Source of the DNA: Candidatus Heimdallarchaeota archaeon
GTDB lineage: Archaea; Asgardarchaeota; Heimdallarchaeia; JABLTI01
Direction: 5' to 3'
Assembly: GCA_018238155.1 (NCBI GenBank)
Contig: JABCTZ010000012.1
Span: forward strand, 1-64,000
DNA: 64,000 bases
Shown: positions 60,716 through 64,000 of the stretch, piece by piece
Numbering within the stretch: the first letter of the stretch is position 1
Layout of the letters: each line of letters starts with the position of its first letter
Program-made: the position numbers and the translations under genes
The notes under the pieces: model-generated
The model's database searches: none
What the model was told of the DNA's origin: nothing
The model's input: only the letters and a program-made list of their open reading frames with translations

Positions 60716-62041
60716 CTAAAACCATTTTGTACAAGTATATTGTTTTCCTAATGTCATAGAATTAATTACCCAATCTGAAAATAAAAATTCTTTCTCCATA
60801 TCAAAAGTCTGACTGAGAATAACAATGAGCTTGAGCCCTATAGAATGTCCAGATTCTAGTTCTATATTTTCTTTAATATTATTATAAGTCGAGTTTTGAA
60901 GCGTTTTTGTTGCTAATACTCTAAGTGTGATATTTACACTATAAACAAAAATTCCTCCACTAATTACTACTGCTAAATCTTCTATTGAAGACGCCGGATC
61001 AACTTGAGATAGAATATCTATTGAGACATCAGTTGAAATTCTTTGGTATCGCCATTGGCGACTAATTTGTACTGTGGTTTGAGTAATTGGTACGGCAACA
61101 ACTAAGAGAATAAGTACCCAAGCAACTATTTGAGTTTTCATTGACCGCTTTGCTTTGACTTTCTTTACGGCTTGAGGTGACTCTACTTTTCGAATAATGA
61201 ATACTAATAAGCACCCAAGCAAAACACAAGCAACATTTGTTACAAATAGAACCAAGCTTCCTAAAGCCGTGTCCCACTGAAACATTCCTATGGCAATACC
61301 GATGTTCACTGTCACCGGAAGTAGAGCTGCAGCAGCTGCAACTCCAATCAATATTAGAGATGTACCACTCACAAAACAAATACCTGCTGTTAATCCTGAA
61401 GCAATTGCAATTATTAAATTGACAATGTTTGGTTCACCCCTGGCAATAATAAATGCGCTTGGTTCATTTTGCGCCAATAGATTTGTTAATCCCACAGCAA
61501 ATCCGATGAAAATGGAAATGAATACACCTATTCCCTCTGAAAGTAACCCTTCACGCAAGATTTTCTGATTGGATGTAAGCGCTCCAAAAGCAATCCCAAC
61601 AATTGGACCCATCAAGGGAGCAACTATCATTGATGCAATTAATGTAACGTTATCATCTCCAATAAGACCCATGGCTGCGAGGATAGACGAAAGGACCGTC
61701 CAAGCAATAAAATTGAAATCAAGTTTTGATATAGAGTGAACTTTCTGTTCCAATTCTTCGATAGAAATCCTTCTCAAAAATTTATCTTGTTTTCTCGTTC
61801 TGGTTCTAGGGATGGTCGCTTCAATTTCGGTAATAGTTATTCTCCCTTTTACTCTCCCGATACCTAAATCACTAAGATGATCTAAAACAAACCCTGTTCT
61901 AGTAGGAGTAACTGTTAATAGAATTAAACTATGGTCTGCTCCTTTGATATGTTCTATTTGTGAAGGAGAAACAACTTCAATGAGACCGGTTACAATATCA
62001 TCACCTTCTGTTGCGGGAACAGTTACTTGGATTTGTTTCAT
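60716..62041 (-). CDS. TIGR00341/DUF389 membrane protein
   Basis: LIASMIVAPLMGPI, GVAAAAALLP, LFVTN; N-terminal MKQIQVTVP soluble domain. Confidence 0.85.
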   Translation of the reverse strand: MKQIQVTVPATEGDDIVTGLIEVVSPSQIEHIKGADHSLILLTVTPTRTGFVLDHLSDLGIGRVKGRITITEIEATIPRTRTRKQDKFLRRISIEELEQKVHSISKLDFNFIAWTVLSSILAAMGLIGDDNVTLIASMIVAPLMGPIVGIAFGALTSNQKILREGLLSEGIGVFISIFIGFAVGLTNLLAQNEPSAFIIARGEPNIVNLIIAIASGLTAGICFVSGTSLILIGVAAAAALLPVTVNIGIAIGMFQWDTALGSLVLFVTNVACVLLGCLLVFIIRKVESPQAVKKVKAKRSMKTQIVAWVLILLVVAVPITQTTVQISRQWRYQRISTDVSIDILSQVDPASSIEDLAVVISGGIFVYSVNITLRVLATKTLQNSTYNNIKENIELESGHSIGLKLIVILSQTFDMEKEFLFSDWVINSMTLGKQYTCTKWF

Positions 62042-62318
62042 TTTTGAATCCTCAGAATAATTGACTAGTATTTGATGATAGTTTTACACTCTTTTATTTT
62101 TTGGGGAGCTCAATTCAATTGTAAAATGGTTTCTTTTGTGAGAAATTGTTTAACAACATATCTTTTTGGAACAGTACTTGTAATTACTATTGGATTTTGT
62201 AATGCGTTGAATGTTTTTCTTTCTTCCAAGATATCAACAATTGGTCTCTCTATTTTTCAATAGAACGGATAGAAAATATTAAACGGATTCAGTAAATAAC
62301 AAACTTGTTCTGATAGAA

Positions 62319-63602
62319 ATGCGATACTATGAAAATTGTGACAAATGCAAAAAATGCTTCCCATGTCCTGTGACAAACGGTGACAAAAACCAAGGAGCAT
62401 ATCCAATTACTCAAGGATATGGTGATGTTTGGTATTGTGCAAATTGCTTCTACTGCGAAGATATTTGTCCTGATTATTCTCCCAGACAATATGCAATTGA
62501 TTTACGAAGAACAACACAGCAATTTTCTGAAAGAACAATAGAACCAATCAAAAAATTGAGAAAATATGGTTTATTGTTTGATATCACTAAATCTTTGGAT
62601 GAATATCGGCTTGACATAGGTCTACCCTCCATTTTGAAACCAAATGTCATTGAAGTTAATTTTCTTTATCAAACTATTTTGGATGAAAAAAGCTTACCTT
62701 TAGTAAAAATTCAGAAGAAATTAGTCTCGAGTAAGCTTGAAAAGAATCACAAAAAAGGTAAGATTGCACTTTTTTTAGGTTGTCTAATTCCATATCGAGT
62801 TCAAGACTATGAATTATCTGCAAGAAATTTGTTGAAAAAACTTGATATTGAATATCTTGATTTACCTTTTTCATGTTGTGGTTCTGTTATGACAGAATCT
62901 CAATCAGAAGAACTTTGGTTGACAATAGGTGCATATAACTTAGCCATAGCAGAACAGTTAGATGTTAAAACTATTATTACTTTGTGTGGAGGTTGTACAG
63001 GTAATCTCAGAAGAATAAATGATGTCTTACTTGAAAATAGTAATAAATTGGAGAAAGTAAATGAACACTTGAGTAAGATTTCAAAAAGCTATTCTGGGAA
63101 AATCACTGTAAAACATCTTTCCGAATTCTTACTGGATAACAAAATAACTAATGATATACAACATCTATTTAATCCTTCAAAAATTGAAAACCTTAAGCAA
63201 ATATCTGCAGGGGTACAAATACCATGTCAAGTGATTCGTCCTGAAAAACAATCTCCAAATTCTCATCTTAAAACGAAGCTGCTAACTGATCTATTGAAAT
63301 CGACTCAAATCAACCTTGTCAAATATCCTTATGAATTACTGTGTTGTGGTTCATCGATATTAGCGTATGATGAACAATTAGCTTATAAAATTGCTAAGAA
63401 AAGAATCGATTCACTCCTAAAAAGGAATGTTGATGCGCTGATTCTTGGTTGTGGAAATTGTAGCATGAATTTCAGTGTTCACCTTTCAGAATATTCAACT
63501 GCTCGATTAGCAACATTATTCTTTACAGAAGTCCTTGATTATGCCTTAGGTTCCGATAATGAAAGAATAAATGAATTAATTACTAATAGAAAAATACCCT
63601 GA
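62319..63602 (+). CDS. HdrC-HdrB-like fusion (ferredoxin + two CCG domains)
   Basis: CDKCKKCFPCP, WYCANCFYCEDICP, FLGC, SCCG, CGGC, CCG, CGNC. Confidence 0.85.
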   Translation: MRYYENCDKCKKCFPCPVTNGDKNQGAYPITQGYGDVWYCANCFYCEDICPDYSPRQYAIDLRRTTQQFSERTIEPIKKLRKYGLLFDITKSLDEYRLDIGLPSILKPNVIEVNFLYQTILDEKSLPLVKIQKKLVSSKLEKNHKKGKIALFLGCLIPYRVQDYELSARNLLKKLDIEYLDLPFSCCGSVMTESQSEELWLTIGAYNLAIAEQLDVKTIITLCGGCTGNLRRINDVLLENSNKLEKVNEHLSKISKSYSGKITVKHLSEFLLDNKITNDIQHLFNPSKIENLKQISAGVQIPCQVIRPEKQSPNSHLKTKLLTDLLKSTQINLVKYPYELLCCGSSILAYDEQLAYKIAKKRIDSLLKRNVDALILGCGNCSMNFSVHLSEYSTARLATLFFTEVLDYALGSDNERINELITNRKIP

Positions 63603-63704
63603 AGTGCAATTAAGTAATTGCCACTTCGCTCTCCACAAATGCCTCTTCTTTCATTTGTGTGAAGAATTTTATTTTCTTGAATAAAAATGGTGTTAGCAAT
63701 CCAA

Positions 63705-63998
63705 TCACTTTTTCTTTTTCTTAAGCTTCTCTTCATATTCGTTATAAATTACATCCAGTATTTCGTTAGGGTCGGATTCAATACTAAATTTCCTTTTGAA
63801 AAATCGACAAAGATTTTTGATATCTCTAAATAGGTATTCTTTTGCATTAGGATGACTAGCTAACTCATATTGGGGAAAATCAATTATAAGGAAATCAAAT
63901 TTTGGAGTGATGATGATATTATATTCGGATAGATCTCCATGAACAATATTTCCTTTGACAAAGAGTTTTCTAACTTGGGACATTATACCATTAAATAT
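63705..63998 (-). CDS. RIO-family kinase (Rio2-like), C-terminal part; gene continues past the window end
   Basis: VHGDLSEYNI, IIDFPQ, HPNA...RD; frame is open to the window edge. Confidence 0.88.
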   Translation of the reverse strand: MFNGIMSQVRKLFVKGNIVHGDLSEYNIIITPKFDFLIIDFPQYELASHPNAKEYLFRDIKNLCRFFKRKFSIESDPNEILDVIYNEYEEKLKKKKK

Positions 63999-64000
63999 TT

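Noticed and set aside
1-64000. CRISPR array or cas operon, suggested by the Cas4-like and CARF-like domains
   Set aside because: No regularly spaced repeat-spacer array and no cas1, cas2 or RAMP genes were seen.

Overview
AT-rich archaeal chromosomal segment, most likely from an Asgard archaeon (Heimdallarchaeia-like). This assignment is an inference from longin/V4R, uDENN/gelsolin-like and TrmB-coiled-coil proteins, an archaeal ftsZ-secE-spt5 cluster, A/V-ATPase A+B, a RIO kinase and an archaeal pilin. Housekeeping and metabolic content: SRAP/HMCES, two PaaK-like CoA ligases, five MFS transporters, a leuA-C-D-B operon, tRNA-Val(TAC), an FtsX-type ABC exporter, a GlcD/CCG oxidoreductase pair, tandem M32 carboxypeptidases, iorAB, GPT/AglH, an NfeD-flotillin pair and an HdrC-HdrB fusion. 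No CRISPR array, rRNA, transposase or integrase was seen. Main observations: (1) a co-oriented cluster at 36.7-44.1 kb (degenerate CARF/Csm6-like protein, Cas4-type nuclease fused to an SF1 helicase as in Dna2, tandem wHTH protein, and a TrmB protein with a symmetric ~270+270 aa helical hairpin), which is a candidate undescribed DNA-processing or defence system; (2) a longin-V4R (TRAPP-like) fusion next to two paralogous 3-TM proteins; (3) a uDENN/longin-gelsolin-like fusion; (4) the leu operon sits between an intact 3-gene block and a decayed copy of it shortened at microhomologies; (5) several candidate cis-regulatory RNA structures. All family assignments come from motif recognition by eye, not database searches.
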